Shown piece after piece: positions 12,824 through 25,835 of a DNA stretch of 64,000 bases. Origin of the DNA: Phoronis australis (Eukaryota; Animalia; Phoronida); assembly GCA_002633005.1 (NCBI GenBank), contig NMRA01000681.1, forward strand, positions 1 through 64,000, read 5' to 3'. Below the pieces are notes generated by a model. That model was given only the letters and a program-made list of their open reading frames with translations, was not told the origin of the DNA and searched no databases. The position numbers were made by a program, and so were the translations under genes. Numbering within the stretch: the first letter of the stretch is position 1; every line of letters begins with the position of its first letter.

Positions 12824-13636
12824 TCATACATAGAGTGGTTTGGTTGACAGAGGGGCGGACGACAAAAAGACTCGAAAACAGTAAAAATAGCCGCTAGGTG
12901 CCGCAAAATACAATCTATCCGGAAATGAAAGATTGGCACCATTTCACTAATATATGCCTATCTGCCAAATTTTATGAAAATCCGTCAAAGAACTTTGAAT
13001 ATACAGACTTTAGGTAAACTTGAAATAATTAAATTGCCACTAGGAGGTACACCGGTAGTCTAATCCTTCCTGAAATCGTTGTCATCCGTTGTCTACTTAA
13101 TACAAAGATACTTGATAAATTTAATAAAGATCTTGCAAAGCCATAGACTGGGCGCAAAATCAAAGGAAAATGCCAATAGGAGGTGTCACGGTAGTCGAAG
13201 TCGTCGGAAAGCCGTTGTCAGCTGCCTTCTTCACAGTAAGAACATATATGCCAATTTTCACAATCATCCTTAGAGTGGTTTGATTGATGGAGGGATAGGC
13301 GCCAAAAATATACTAGAGGGCAGTAAAATTTGCCATTAGGTGTCATCCAAAAACGAGAGGATAGCGTCATCTTATTGGCCCATGAGCCAAGTTTTATGAA
13401 AATCCTGTGACCTTTGAAGAAACAGAGATAAACGAAAAAAATGCCACCGGTAGGCGGATCTGTCCGAAATTCGTCGTCAAATGTCGTCAGTCTTATAGAA
13501 GCACATCTGCCAAATCTCATCAAGGTCCTGGCAGGATTTAAGAGATACAGCTGGGGACGCCGTATCCCGGACGCCCGGACAACCGGGCAGGCATTGATGA
13601 CAAACACTCACATATAAATATGCAGGCGAATAAAAA
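12824..13636 (+). mobile_element. HINE-like element, partial copy 2, head-to-tail with copy 1
   Basis: Core repeats resume and end with cacatataaatatgcaggcgaataaaaa. The host 1.9-kb unit resumes immediately after the A-run. Confidence 0.65.
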
Positions 13637-16600
13637 CATCTACATTTCTCTAACTTTAAAGCTTCGTATCAGAAATAGCTGTTCAAATTTATGTAAAATT
13701 TCATTTCTACGATATAAACACTTTTTACAAAATGAAAATGAAATGCTCATATTTTAGAGCACTAACAGTATTTCACATCTGGATCATTTTCTTCAAATGA
13801 AATTCAGTCTTGTTGTTAATGCCGGTGCCTTACTATCAATGTGCGCTTTTTTATGCTAAATTCTATGGTTTTTGAGAAACTGTGCCCTGAAATCAGGTGT
13901 GAAACAGTGTACATCAATAAAATCAGATGCCTGAATGACTGGCGACTAAATTTTTTATTTCGCTTTTCCTAATCAAAGAAGTGTCGGTAATATTTTGATG
14001 ACTCACAGGAGTACAAACGTTTAGTAAAAATCAAAAGATTCTATGATATTTACAAGCGAACGGAACCTTGATACCATCTCATGGTGCACACCCTCAAAAA
14101 GAGGCAATTTTCGGGATTTCTTACCTTTTCGACTCTGGTGTCATTTTAAGGTGATGGTTCAATACTATCTTTGGTTCGTTGACAGTGAGGGCTGTATGAC
14201 CCTAGAAAAACGTCCAGAAATAGCAGTTCAGATTCAGGTAAATCTTTCAAATGCTGTGATTTAAACTCCGTTCACGAAACAAAAATGAAATGATCATATT
14301 TAACGGTGTCTCTGAGATCACATCTCGAAACTTTTCACCAAAATAAACTTCGATTAAGTTACTGAAACCGTTGTTCAACTAGCAATTTGATATGGCCTTT
14401 TTTAAAAACGTTTTCGTTTAACGTATTACGGGTACGGATTTGACGACCTTCAACATATTGAGCTATACACTATTTATAGTAAATGCAATATGAAACGCAA
14501 GCAATGATAGTTTACCTTCATAAATTGTACCTTAAATCTTTCGGAATTCGTTTTGGCTATCCGAGGGTCATGGGGGTATTGTTGGGGCTTGGGTGTGGCG
14601 TGTAAATAGACAAAACATGCATTGATAAAAATTTACAAATAATCGAAAAATCGACTGTTTTCAATTAACCACACGCACATCTATTGAAAAGACCTTGTCC
14701 TTGTCAAACTGTTTTAGTACTAATAAGCTTTTTCTCGAAATTGTGAACCTTCAGCCTAATAGCACCCTTTTAAAAATGTTTTCATTTGTTGTATTATGGG
14801 TAGGGATTTGAGAACGTTCAAGGTATTGAGCTGTACACACTGCAGTATGAAACCCAAGTAACGATACTTTAGCTTTATAATTTTCGTCTTAAATCTTTCT
14901 TCTTTCGTTTTGGTTAAACGAAGGTTATCTTTGGGCATGGGTATGGCGTGTAAATAGGAAAAAGTGTATTGATAAAATTTACTAACAATCGACCTATCAA
15001 TTGCTTTCAATTTGCCGTACGCAGATCAATTGAAAAATCTTTCTCCCTACACCGGCAGGAATCGACCACGGGAAGCACTGCTCAGCTTCATCTTGCTTCT
15101 GTATCGGCACAGGGATTCAAATATTCCATTCAGCATGGCTTTTGCGACCTTGAACGCCATTTAGATTAATTTGTGGTGTATGTCTTCGTATGTTAGGGCT
15201 TGTGTTTGTATGTTAGTGATTTGTTGGGCGGGATTGGAAAGTGCGTTACTTAGCGTTAACGCAAATCTACAGGCAAGAAAAGTAACAAACATCTAGTCCA
15301 AGCGAATGGTAATACCATTGATGAATGGGCAGATCTGTTCATGGGATTAAGAGTGCGTCATCACGGCCTAAGCTTTTATACCTTAGAGGAACCCATCGTG
15401 CAATTAAGAACCAGCCAACACTTAAAATATTTTACAGCGACCTGGAAACCATACAGTTGTCACAGGTGGAGAACTGTAGCTGCACCTATCAGAAAGCCCA
15501 AAACGTTTTAATAACGAAATTTACACACCTTTATCGTCTTTTGTATTTTGGATAAGATAGCATCTTATGGCGCACGTCCTGATGGAAGAGGCAATTTCCG
15601 GGATTTTTGATTTTTCCGACTGTGGTGTCGTTTTGAGTTGGTGGTTCAGCGACATCTTTAGTCCGTTGCCAGTGGTGGCGAGGTCAAGATCCTTCTAGTT
15701 CAGATCCTGCATGACCCTAGAAAAAGAGTCAGACATTTCTCTTGATTCAAAGGTTGCTATCTCAGATTTATGTAAAACGTTCACATACTATGATTTAAAC
15801 GTCTTTCACAAAACGAAAGGGCAATAATCACAATTTAGAACATCAACATTGTTGGCTGAGATCACTTCTCGAAACTTTTCATCGAATGATTTTCGATCAT
15901 GTTTTGACACGGTTGTTTAATTAACAATGGGTCTTCGGTTTTTACTAGCTTTTAATGGTTTTTAAGAGAACATGCCTTGAAACTAGATGCGAGTCATTGT
16001 GCATTAATAAAGACATATGCCTGAATGACTGGCTAGTAGATTATACACTTCCCTTTTCCATATCGAAAAAATGTCGGTCATGGTTTGATGACACACAGGA
16101 GCACAAACGTGTAGTAAACCAAGAAGCTTCTATGATGTTTACAAGTTAACGGAACCTTGACTCTTGTGCGATTCGTGTTAGTGATCCTGCAGAACTTTTG
16201 GTATATTGTCATTGCTCGCAATGTCAGATCTCCCATGTTAATGGTATACTGGTCAGCCAAAGTCAAATAGTTCGACGAAAGGCCAAGTACCTAAAAGACC
16301 TAAAATAATGATAAAAGGAAGTCAACCCCTTGGAAACAATGAAATCATATGATCTGAACTGAAAACTACAAGTGAGAAAAAGTGTGGGGTAAAGTTATGA
16401 AATGCCGGTATTCCTTGTTTTTAAAGACAAGCAAGTAAATAAATCCATCAATATCCACACAAGCCCGGAAGACCATTAGTTCGAAAACAAAAGGTTCGAA
16501 TTTTCATGTCACGAGGCATTTTGAACAGTGATTTCGAGCAAAATGTTTGGAGAGTTGTAAGCACGTGGCTTCTTAAAACGAATTATTCGAACAGCTAGTG

Positions 16601-17180
16601 CCTCGGTAAAGTAACCAAACAAAATTTGGCAATGTGCACTTAACTGTCGCTTTTATTTTAATTTTCAAGTTTTGGTTTTCCGCCTCTAAAACGTTGCCGC
16701 TCCTTTGTCATTAACTTTAATTTCTGACTTCTCGTCTCTCAGATCGTCGAATTATTTTCGCACTAATAAGCTTTTTGTCAAATTTGCGAACATTCAGGCT
16801 GATAGGGTTTTTTTTTCAATGAATTTTCATTTGTTGTATTTTGGCCACTGATTTGAAAACCTTCAAGGTATTGAGCTGTACACTGCAGTATGAAACCCAA
16901 GCAACGATACTTTACCTTCATAATTTTCGTCTTAAATCTTTCTTCTTTCGTTTTGGTTTAAAGAAGGTCGCAGGTTATCTTTGGGGTATGGGTATGGCGT
17001 GTAAATAGACGAAAACATACCTTTTGCCTCTGGTGTGATTCTTGTCAGTGGTCCTATAGAAATTTTGGTATACTGTCACTGTTCCCAATGTCAGATCTCG
17101 CATGTTGATGGTGTACTACTCAGCTAATTTCAAACAGTTTGACGAAAGGCCAAGTATCTAAAAGGCATAGAATAATGTTA

Positions 17181-17331
17181 TCAAATAGATGTTGAAATGC
17201 CGTGCAGTTACCGACGGATAAGAATATAAAATAGTAAAACTAAAACGACGAGCGTCGGTACTAAAGTATATTAAAATATCCCCACGTTTCGAGCGATGAG
17301 TTCTTTGTCAAGGGTGTGCTACAGACTGTAC
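17181..17331 (-). mobile_element. 151-bp insertion, Penelope-like fragment with a hammerhead-like motif
   Basis: Flanked by duplicated aataatgtta (17171-17180 and 17332-17341). Absent from other array copies. Minus strand reads cttgacaaagaactcatcgctcgaaacgt. Confidence 0.45.
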
Positions 17332-18937
17332 AATAATGTTAAAAGGAAGTCAACCCCCTGGAAAAAATGGAATGATATGATCTGAATTGAAAATTTAAAG
17401 TAAAAAAAGTGTGGGCCAAAATTATGAAATCGCGGTATACATGACTCCAAAGGTTTGCAAGTAAACAAAATCCATCAATACAAATATCCTCACAAGTCCG
17501 AGAGACCATTAGTTCGAAAGCTAAAAATTCGAAATTTCATGTTACGAGGTTCTGAACAGTGATTTCGAACAAAATGTTTGGAGATTTGTAAGCACGTGCC
17601 TCCCCGGAACCAATTCTTCCAAGAGCCAGTGCCTTGGTAAAGCATCCAAACAAAGTTTGACAAAGTGCACTGAATTGTCGCTTTTATTAACATTATCAAC
17701 TTTTGGAATACAGCCACTAAAATTTTGTTGCTACTCTGTCGTTGAAGTTTGAATCACTGGCTTCTGGTCTCTTTAATTGTCGAACTATTTTCGAACTAAT
17801 AAGCTTTTTGTCGAGTTTGTGAACCTGCGGCCCGATAGGGCTTTTTGTAAACATTTTCGTTTGTCGTATAATGGGCACAGATTTGAAAACCTTAAAGGTA
17901 TTGAGCTTCACCCTATTTAATGCAGTATGAAACCCAAGCAACAATAGTTTACTTTCATAATTTTCGTCTGAAGAACTGCTTCGTCCGTTTTGGTTATTCG
18001 AGGATCGCAGCGTATTGCTGGGGTATGGGTACTGCGTGTAAACACACAAAACAAGTATTGAAAAAATTTACAAACAATCGCCAAATCAACTGTTTTCAAT
18101 TTCTCACACGCAGATCAATTGAAAATCCTTGTCCTTACTCCGCCGAAAATTGATACCGGGAACCACAGCCTAGCTACATCCCGTTTTGGCATCTGTAGAG
18201 GAATTCAAATAATGACATTCAGCATACATTTTGTGACTTCGAACGTCAGTTGGATTAATTGGTGATGTTTTTAGGTTTGTTAGGACTGGTATTAGTATTT
18301 AATTGGAATTGTTGGCGGGGTTAGAATGTGTGTTTGCATAAACGTTAATGCACAAGCAAGAAAAGCAACAAACGTCTAGTCCAAGCGAATGAAACTACAA
18401 TTGATAGATGGACAGATCTACAGTCTATCTATTAGATTAAATGAGCGTCATCACGACCAAAGCATTGATATATGAGGAGAACCCAAAGTACAACTAAAAT
18501 ACAGCTAACTCTAGAAATGTATTTCAACGACCTGGATAGCACAGTATTGTAACAGGTGGAGAACTGTAACTGCACGTGACGGCCAGTCCAAAATGTTATC
18601 AATAACGAAAGTAACGCACCTCAGTCGTACCTTGTGTATCGGGTAAGACAGCATCTCATGACGTACGCCCTCAAGGAAGAGGCAATTTCCTGGATTTTTT
18701 TACTTTTCCTATTCTGTTGTCATTACATGGTGACGGTTCAGTGACATTTTTGTTCGCTGTCAGTGGTGGCAAGGACAGCGTCCTGCTACTTTGGATGCTT
18801 CGTGGCCCTAGAAAGTGTCCACATCTCTCTAATTTTAAAGGTTGATATCTTAGAAATAGCAGTTCAGATTTTTGTAAAATCTCTCATGTTAATGGTATAC
18901 TGGTCAGCAATTAGTTTGACGAAAGAACAAGTCCCTA

Positions 18938-20187
18938 AACAAGAGCAACGCGGAGCGTTCAAATGCGCCCAAGAATGCATCGCAAATGGTGTGCTTTTAG
19001 GGTTATTTATTTGTATCATAAAAATGGCCACTAGATGGCGCAACAACGTACAATCCATCCAAAAACGGGAACATGCCATATTTTATAAAAAATCTGTCAA
19101 CGAACTTCAGAAAAACAAAGGAAAACAGAATAAAATGAAATTGCCACTTGTGGGCACAGCGAACGTTGGATCCGCCTGAAAGTCGTAGTCTGTTGTTATC
19201 TTGATATAAATACACTTACTAAATTTAATGAAGATCCTGAAGTGGGTTTAGGAGATATAGCTATGGGCGCAAAACAAAACATAACTACCACTAGGAGGCG
19301 CCACACTAGTCATTTGCCATCATCAAACGTCCTCTTCGCACTGAAAACATATACGCCAATTTTCAAAACTATCCCTAGAATGATTTCGTTGATAGAGGGG
19401 TGGACGCAAAAAACAAGACTTGAAAACAGCAAAAATGGCCACTAGGTCGCGCAAAATACCTCAATTCCATCCAAAAACATATATGCCTATATTCACAACT
19501 TTATGAAAATCTGTTGAGGACCTTTGAAGGTACAGACTGGTAAACGTAAAAAAATAAAATTGCCAGTAGGTGGCGCCCACCAGTAGTCAGATCTGTCCGA
19601 AATTCGTTGTCTTCCGTCGTCAACATCACATAAATACACTTACGGTACTAAATTTATTAAAGATCCTGCGAACGGTTTAGGACATGCAGCCATAGGCGCA
19701 AAAAACTGCCACTAGGAGGCGCCATAGTAGTCGAAGTCGTCGGAAAATCATCGTTATACTTGCCAATTTTCAAAATCATCCTTTGAGCGGTTTGGTTGAT
19801 AGAGGGGTGGACGCAAAAAACAAACTCGAAAACACCAAAACATGGCCACTAGGTGGCGCAAACTACGTCGAATCCATCTGAAAACGGAAGGTTAGCCTCA
19901 TCTCACTGATAGGTGCCTATGTAAGAATTTTTATGAAAATCTGTTCAGGACTTTTGAAGTTACAGAGGTAAACGTAAAAAACTAAAATTGCCACTAGGGG
20001 TCACACCAATAGTCGGATCCGCCTGAAAGTTCGTTCATGCCGTCCCATTCACGGAAAAACACATGTCCAAAACTTCCTGAACATACGTCCAGGCGTTTTG
20101 GAGCGGACAAAGGACGCCGGAGTCCGAACGGATGGACGGAGATGACGGCATAATGAGTCCACATATAAATACGTTTGCGCATAAAAA
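18938..20187 (+). mobile_element. HINE-like element, apparently full-length copy 3
   Basis: Starts aaacaagagc, has ~8 core repeats, a degenerate GGAC tract and a 3' degenerate hairpin plus ataaaaa. Inserted in the A-run of the host motif (aagtccctaaa|...|ctataat) with no TSD. Confidence 0.75.
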
Positions 20188-21514
20188 CTATAATCTGGTT
20201 CGAAAGAAGTTAATCCGCTCGAAACAATGAACCCGTATGATCTGAATTGAAAACATACAAGTGAGAACAATTGTGGGCGGAAGGTATGAAATTACGGAAT
20301 TCATGGCTCCGAAAGTTTACAAGTCGACAAATAAATAAATCCGAAGATCAACACAAGTCTGAAAGAATATTAGTTGTTTTACAATCAGTTTGATAGGGCT
20401 GTCTTTAGAAACGTTTTGATTTGCCTGATAGGGTATTTTAAAAAAATCATTCAATGTTACATAACTTGCCTTCAGGCTTGCGAACCTTCGGAGTATGGAG
20501 CTCAATCTTATTTATACTAATGCACTGTGACTTGCACGCTACTTTAAGTTTCCTTCTTAATTTTAGTCTTCAGTTGTTAATTTTCTTTCATGCTTCTTCT
20601 TCCGTCTTGGTTATCCGTGAGTCGGATCGTATCGTTGTGGCGTGGGCATGGTAAGTAAATAAACGAAAACGTTCATTAATAAAATTTACAAACAATCGAT
20701 AAATCAACTATTGTTTTCAATTTGCCATTCGGAAACTAATTCAAAAATCCTTATCCCTGCCACGGTAGTAATCGATCACAGGAACCACTGTTCAGTTCCA
20801 TTTGATCTTGGCATTTGGAGAGGAATTCAAATAACACCACTCAGCATGCATTTTTCGACCTTGAACGTCCTTTGGATTTATTTATGCTGTATTTCTTGAT
20901 ACGTTAGGATTGGTGTTAGTATGTTAGTGCAATTGCTAGTCGGGATTAAAAAGAGTGTTAGCGTCAACGCGAATGTACCAGCAAGACAAGTAACAAGCGC
21001 TTAGTGCAAGCAAATGGTAATAGATATGATGGATGGAGAGCTTTATCTATTCGAAGTACATGTGCGTCATCGCAACCCAAACACTAATACTTGAGTACAA
21101 CCCAATTGTCTGGACACCATTCTCAGGTGGGTAACTGTAACTGTAAGTGTCAGCCAGACAAAATTGTTATCAATAACGAAAGTTACACACCTCTATCGCC
21201 CTTCATGTATCGGGTAAGACAGGATCTCATGGTGCACGCCCACACGTAAGCGGCAACTCCTGGGATTTTTTACCTTTCCGACTCTGGTGTCATTTTGTGT
21301 TGGTGGTTCAGCGACATCTTCTTATCGATACCGTTGTTTTGCTATTACTGTGCTTTTCTTTTTCTTTAAATGATTTTTTCTCATGAAAGTTGAACGGTAA
21401 TACACTTTTCAACTCTGTTGTCAGTCGTTTTTATTGGTACTGCAGGAACTTTTTGATGCACTGTAACCCGTCGTGACGTCGTGGTCCTGTATGGTCCTTA
21501 TATTGATGGTGTCA

Positions 21515-21849
21515 ACCAATCCACTTTCTGTCACCTGCTTTACATCTTTAGTGTCAATCTTCCAAAATAAAAGCAGGAACCAACTGAAAAAACTTTTACT
21601 TCCTATCTCATAAATTGCACGTTGTGGTCCTTGACGGGTGGCCTTTTCCAAAGGTGCTGTGTAACTTGCTAAAAGCGTAGGTCACACTTGCCCGTTTAGC
21701 AGAATTTGTTAGAAGTTTTCAAAATTTCCTCCAGACTTTTGAGGGTTGGCGATAAGTTACAAAGCATTATTTTGTTTTAGAGAACTGGATGGGGAAAGTC
21801 GTTTTTAGTATGTGTAAGTAGGCCAAAACAGAGTTTGGTATCCTTTTAA
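21515..21849 (+). mobile_element. TTAA-type MITE, partial copy (family of 41607 and 52475)
   Basis: Shares gctaaaagcgtaggtcac..ttgcccgttt and the terminus ggccaaaac..gtttggtatccttttaa with 52475-52836. Confidence 0.6.
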
Positions 21850-23229
21850 TGATAAACAAAGCCCAGTTATTTAACAAATGACAAAGTCGCTCAAATAAAA
21901 TACAGCAATTAAGACTAAATGTAGTTCACTTCCGAGAAGGAATATAATACAGGCGACCCAAACTGAGAGCCTATAGTGTATTTTATATTGACAAGATCTC
22001 CCAGTTATACAACTACCAACGCAATTTTTGAGAGACTGCACTAAATCCAGTTGTGAAGCCGTGTACTTGAATAAAGACGTATTCCTGATGTAGATTTTTC
22101 ACTTCGCTTTTCAAATAAAACAAGTGATTGATCAAGTTTTGATGGCTCAAATGAGTACACACATGTAGTCAAAACCGGTAACTGCCAGGATACTGATTTA
22201 CAGCTGAACGGCACCATATCTTTGGCCCTGGTGTCATTCGTGTTAGTGGTCCTTCTGCACTTATGGTACACTGTAACTGGTCGCGACGTCAGGTGCCGTG
22301 GGTAAATGGTACACTAGTCAGCCAAAGTCCACTAGTTCGACGACTTGCCAAATCGCTAAAAATTGCACAATAAGAAGTGATCCACCTTATATGACCTGAA
22401 TTGAAAAGTTCAAGTGAGAAAGAATGTGTACAGAGTTTATATGAAATTAAGTATTTATGGGTCGCAAGGTTTGCAAGTCTAAAAATCCATAAATCTGAAG
22501 ACTTATCCACACAATTACGAAAATCCACCGAAGGTTATAAATTTGAACTTTCATGACACTAGGTTCCGAACGGTGATTTTGAGCAAAACGTTCAGGGATT
22601 TATTTGCACACGGCTTCTTGAAACTAGTTCTTCGAAGAGCCTGTGCCTCTCAAAACGGGATCCAAACATGAAATTGGGCGATTCACTGAGTTGCTGTAGT
22701 TATTTACATGTTCGAAGTATGGTTTATCGCCGCCAAAATTTTGCTGCTTGGCTGTCGTTGACTTTGAATCGCTGGTTTCTGGCATCATAGACCTTCGGAC
22801 TAGTTTCGAACTAACTAGTTTTTTTCTTTCTGTCAGATTTGTGAACCTTCAGCCTTATAATGCCTTTTTATATTCATTTGTGGAATTACGAGAGTTCGAA
22901 CTTGTGAACCTTTGGAGTATCGAGCTGTACCCTATTTATACTAATTCAGTATGACAAGCAAGCAACGTTAGATTACATAACCCCCCTGTTAGATTACCTT
23001 CTTAATTTTCGTCTTCCACCTTTCTTCCGTCTTGGTTATCCGTGGGTCGCAGCTTGTCGTTTATGTATGGGTATAGCGTGCAAATAGACAAAAACGTGCA
23101 GTAATGAAATTTAAAGACAATCGGCAAATCAACTATTGTTTTCAAGTTGACACTTCGAGATTAATTGAAAAATCTACCAAGGCAGTTAGTTATCGATCAC
23201 GGGAACCATTGTTCTGATCCATATGTTGG

Positions 23230-23881
23230 GGGTCATCCTGATATGTTCCCGTTTTATGCATATCGGGATTCTACATATGTACGTGTCCCGGGTTCGGTAT
23301 GACCAGTTTTCATTGCATCGGACGGAGTTCTATGTGTCCTGGTGTGGTAGCTGTGATTGTCCCCTGCAGCGAATGTCCTAGCTGCATGTATTTGAATGCC
23401 GGTGTACTGGCACGTTAATCAGTTGATTAGCCGGATGCTTCATTCAAATACACGCAAGCCGGACGATTTCTCCAGGGGGACAATGGCTACTTTCACACCG
23501 AGTTCTATGTTTCATTGGTCAGTGCTCGATGAGCCAAGAAAATTAACATACCCAAGTTCGCCGTTTGCGACCTAGCCGAAATCTCGAAAACTAAAGGCGC
23601 ATTTTCAAGAAGCTAGCGTTCCAAAATTCCAGGGGGCATTGCTTTATCTGACAACAACCAGAATCCAATGCAACTAAGGAGAATGCATAAAAATAACACG
23701 TTACTTCATTACTTGTTGAACTTATGCCCTAAATCAGGATCGTGTGGGCCTAAATGGTAAGTGTTGCTAAAACTTGCACACTCGTCCGCTAAGCGTCTGG
23801 ACTATTACGCAAAACACCGGGACACAAAAACCCGGGACAGATAGGATCCGGAGTCCATAAAACGGGACGCATGTTAGGGCC
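23230..23881. mobile_element. ~650-bp insertion with imperfect TIRs (MITE-like)
   Basis: Left atatgttcccgttttatgcatatcgggattcta versus right reverse complement acatgcgtcccgttttatggactccggatccta. Interrupts the array unit. Confidence 0.5.
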
Positions 23882-24006
23882 CTAGTTAGTATGTTAGTAC
23901 AATTGTTAGTCGGGATTAGAAAGAGCGTTAAATTCAGCAAGTCAAGTAACAAACGTCTAGTGCAAGCTAATGATAATACATTTGATAGATGGATAGATAT
24001 ATTCAT

Positions 24007-24007
<1 letters not shown>

Positions 24008-24070
<63 letters not shown>
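24008..24070. repeat. (TAA)n microsatellite
   Basis: ~21 perfect TAA units. Explains the poly-Ile ORF. Confidence 0.95.
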
Positions 24071-24071
<1 letters not shown>

Positions 24072-25439
24072 TCTAATAATATCACTTATTGTACATCGTA
24101 AACTTGGCTTACTCATACAGAAATACATAAATTCAAATGTATATTCAGAGTATTTACACGGACAGCAGTTCTTCTCTCAAAGCCATAGTCTTCTCAGTGA
24201 ATATCCATTTGAATAAATGTGCGTCATCACGACCCGAACACTACTGTATGAGTATAACCCAAAGTACAACTACTGTAAAATACAGCCGACACTTAAAACA
24301 TATACGTATTACAACTACCAGTACACCAAACAGTTGCCACAGGTTGAGAACTGTAACAGCAATCAGCCAGACAAAAATGTAATTAATGACAGAAGTTACG
24401 CACCTGTATCGTCCTTCATGTATAGGGTAAGACATCATCTCCTCACGGTGCGCGCTTTCAAGGAAATGGCCGCAATCTGAAACAGCAGGCCGATCCACTC
24501 AAAGGGAAACATTCAAGGGTCATGCTATTACTTCTCAGGAGGGGTTATTGCGCTTTTCAATGAACTACGAGCACACCAAGTAATCGAAGTGCAACAACCA
24601 GGTAACCACTTCGTTACACAATCCAGATCAATAAACTCGCCTTTTAGAGATACTGAATACCAAAAGAGTGTTCTCAATGGAAAATCGTGCCACATGTCAT
24701 CTTGCAGTGAATAAACGGGAGAGATCTTCGAGGGCATTGCATATGAATGGAAACTTTCAAAAACTAAACCGCATGGAGGCTACGACGAAGTTAGATGCAG
24801 GTCGTCCGTCAGTCTTGATTCGTGAACAGAGATTTGCCTTAGGGGTCGTGGTCTCTCAAACGGATAGGTCGGTGTTTTTTGTTTCCTGTCTGTCAACTTT
24901 CGATTCAGGAACTCGTATTGCTTTCCACTATCAGGTTCTGCCAGCCCGTCATTAATTAACGCGAACCCTACCGATCGTAGCATGAGAATATCCATAGCCA
25001 AAATTGATATGTAAAGTGTTGCTATAAATATGTCTAAACAGTAAAGTAAATTTGTACAACTGTATGCGCGAGTTTTCTATTTAACTTATTAAAACGAGTC
25101 TTAAAAGCAAAATTAACATCAATAGACGCACTTGTACAACCTGGGAAGCTCATTTATATTGAGAAGCAAATTGTTGAAGGCACTGTATTCATATGTCTTC
25201 ACACAGGTCATATGTTGGTCACATCGCGTGAAGAAGTGTCAAACATGTAAATTGTTACTGTGGCACAATTAATTTTCTATGCAATTGACAAAAAAAAGCT
25301 ATCGAGTTTAACATTATGTAAAATTTGAGCATTTGTTTCATTACTACATTTGTCCAAAGTTTCATTACAGAGCACGTGTCGGATCGAGTCTACACAGTCA
25401 CTTGTCTTTGAAAGTTTATTATTGGAGTTCATGGTAATT

Positions 25440-25835
25440 ATTTAAAAACCTAATGACTTTGTAGAATGTATCCATTCTAGTAATGACGATGGTATTCTTC
25501 TATGTCAAAATGTTTCCGATGTGAAAGTTTTGTGATGTGCTGATGATATGGCTTTGTGTACTTAATCTCCAGTTAAACTACAAAAACTACTGTGTGCTAT
25601 AAGTAAGTTCTGCCAGGAATGGAGCGTGTCTGTAAATTTAGTGAAGACCACAGTTATGGTGTTTAGAAACGGAGGTCCCTTGAGAAATTGCGAGATGTGG
25701 TATTTTGAGGTGAAAAACTCGAAATGATTTCCATGCCAGCTACAAGTATCTTGGTGTTGTGTTCATGCCAAAGTTATTGCGGGCTATGGCTGCTCAGACC
25801 CTGTCAGCCCAAGCCACGGAGGTAGCCATTACAGT
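25440..25835 (+). mobile_element. Degenerate non-LTR retrotransposon reverse transcriptase fragment (L2/CR1 group-like)
   Basis: VKVL*CADDMAL..SPVKLQKLL..ISKFCQEWSVSVNLVKTTVMVFRNGG...YKYLGVVF, i.e. the YADD region and downstream RT motifs, with stops and frameshifts. Confidence 0.8.

Larger units (their letters stand above)
3090..24475. repeat. Diverged, mosaic tandem array of a ~1.9-kb unit (~10 full or partial copies), interrupted by TE insertions
   Basis: Marker gggattagaaagagcg and variants at ~3701, 5651, 7420, 9350, 15229, 18318, 20942, 23912. Markers aaaacgaaaatgaaatgatcatattttag and tatgatctgaattgaaa recur in the same order and orientation. Confidence 0.9.

Noticed and set aside
12558-12942. 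ORFs with RTDG/RPSV repeats
   Set aside because: Products of the (GGAC)n microsatellite.
23989-24216. Poly-Ile membrane-like ORF
   Set aside because: Product of the (TAA)n microsatellite.
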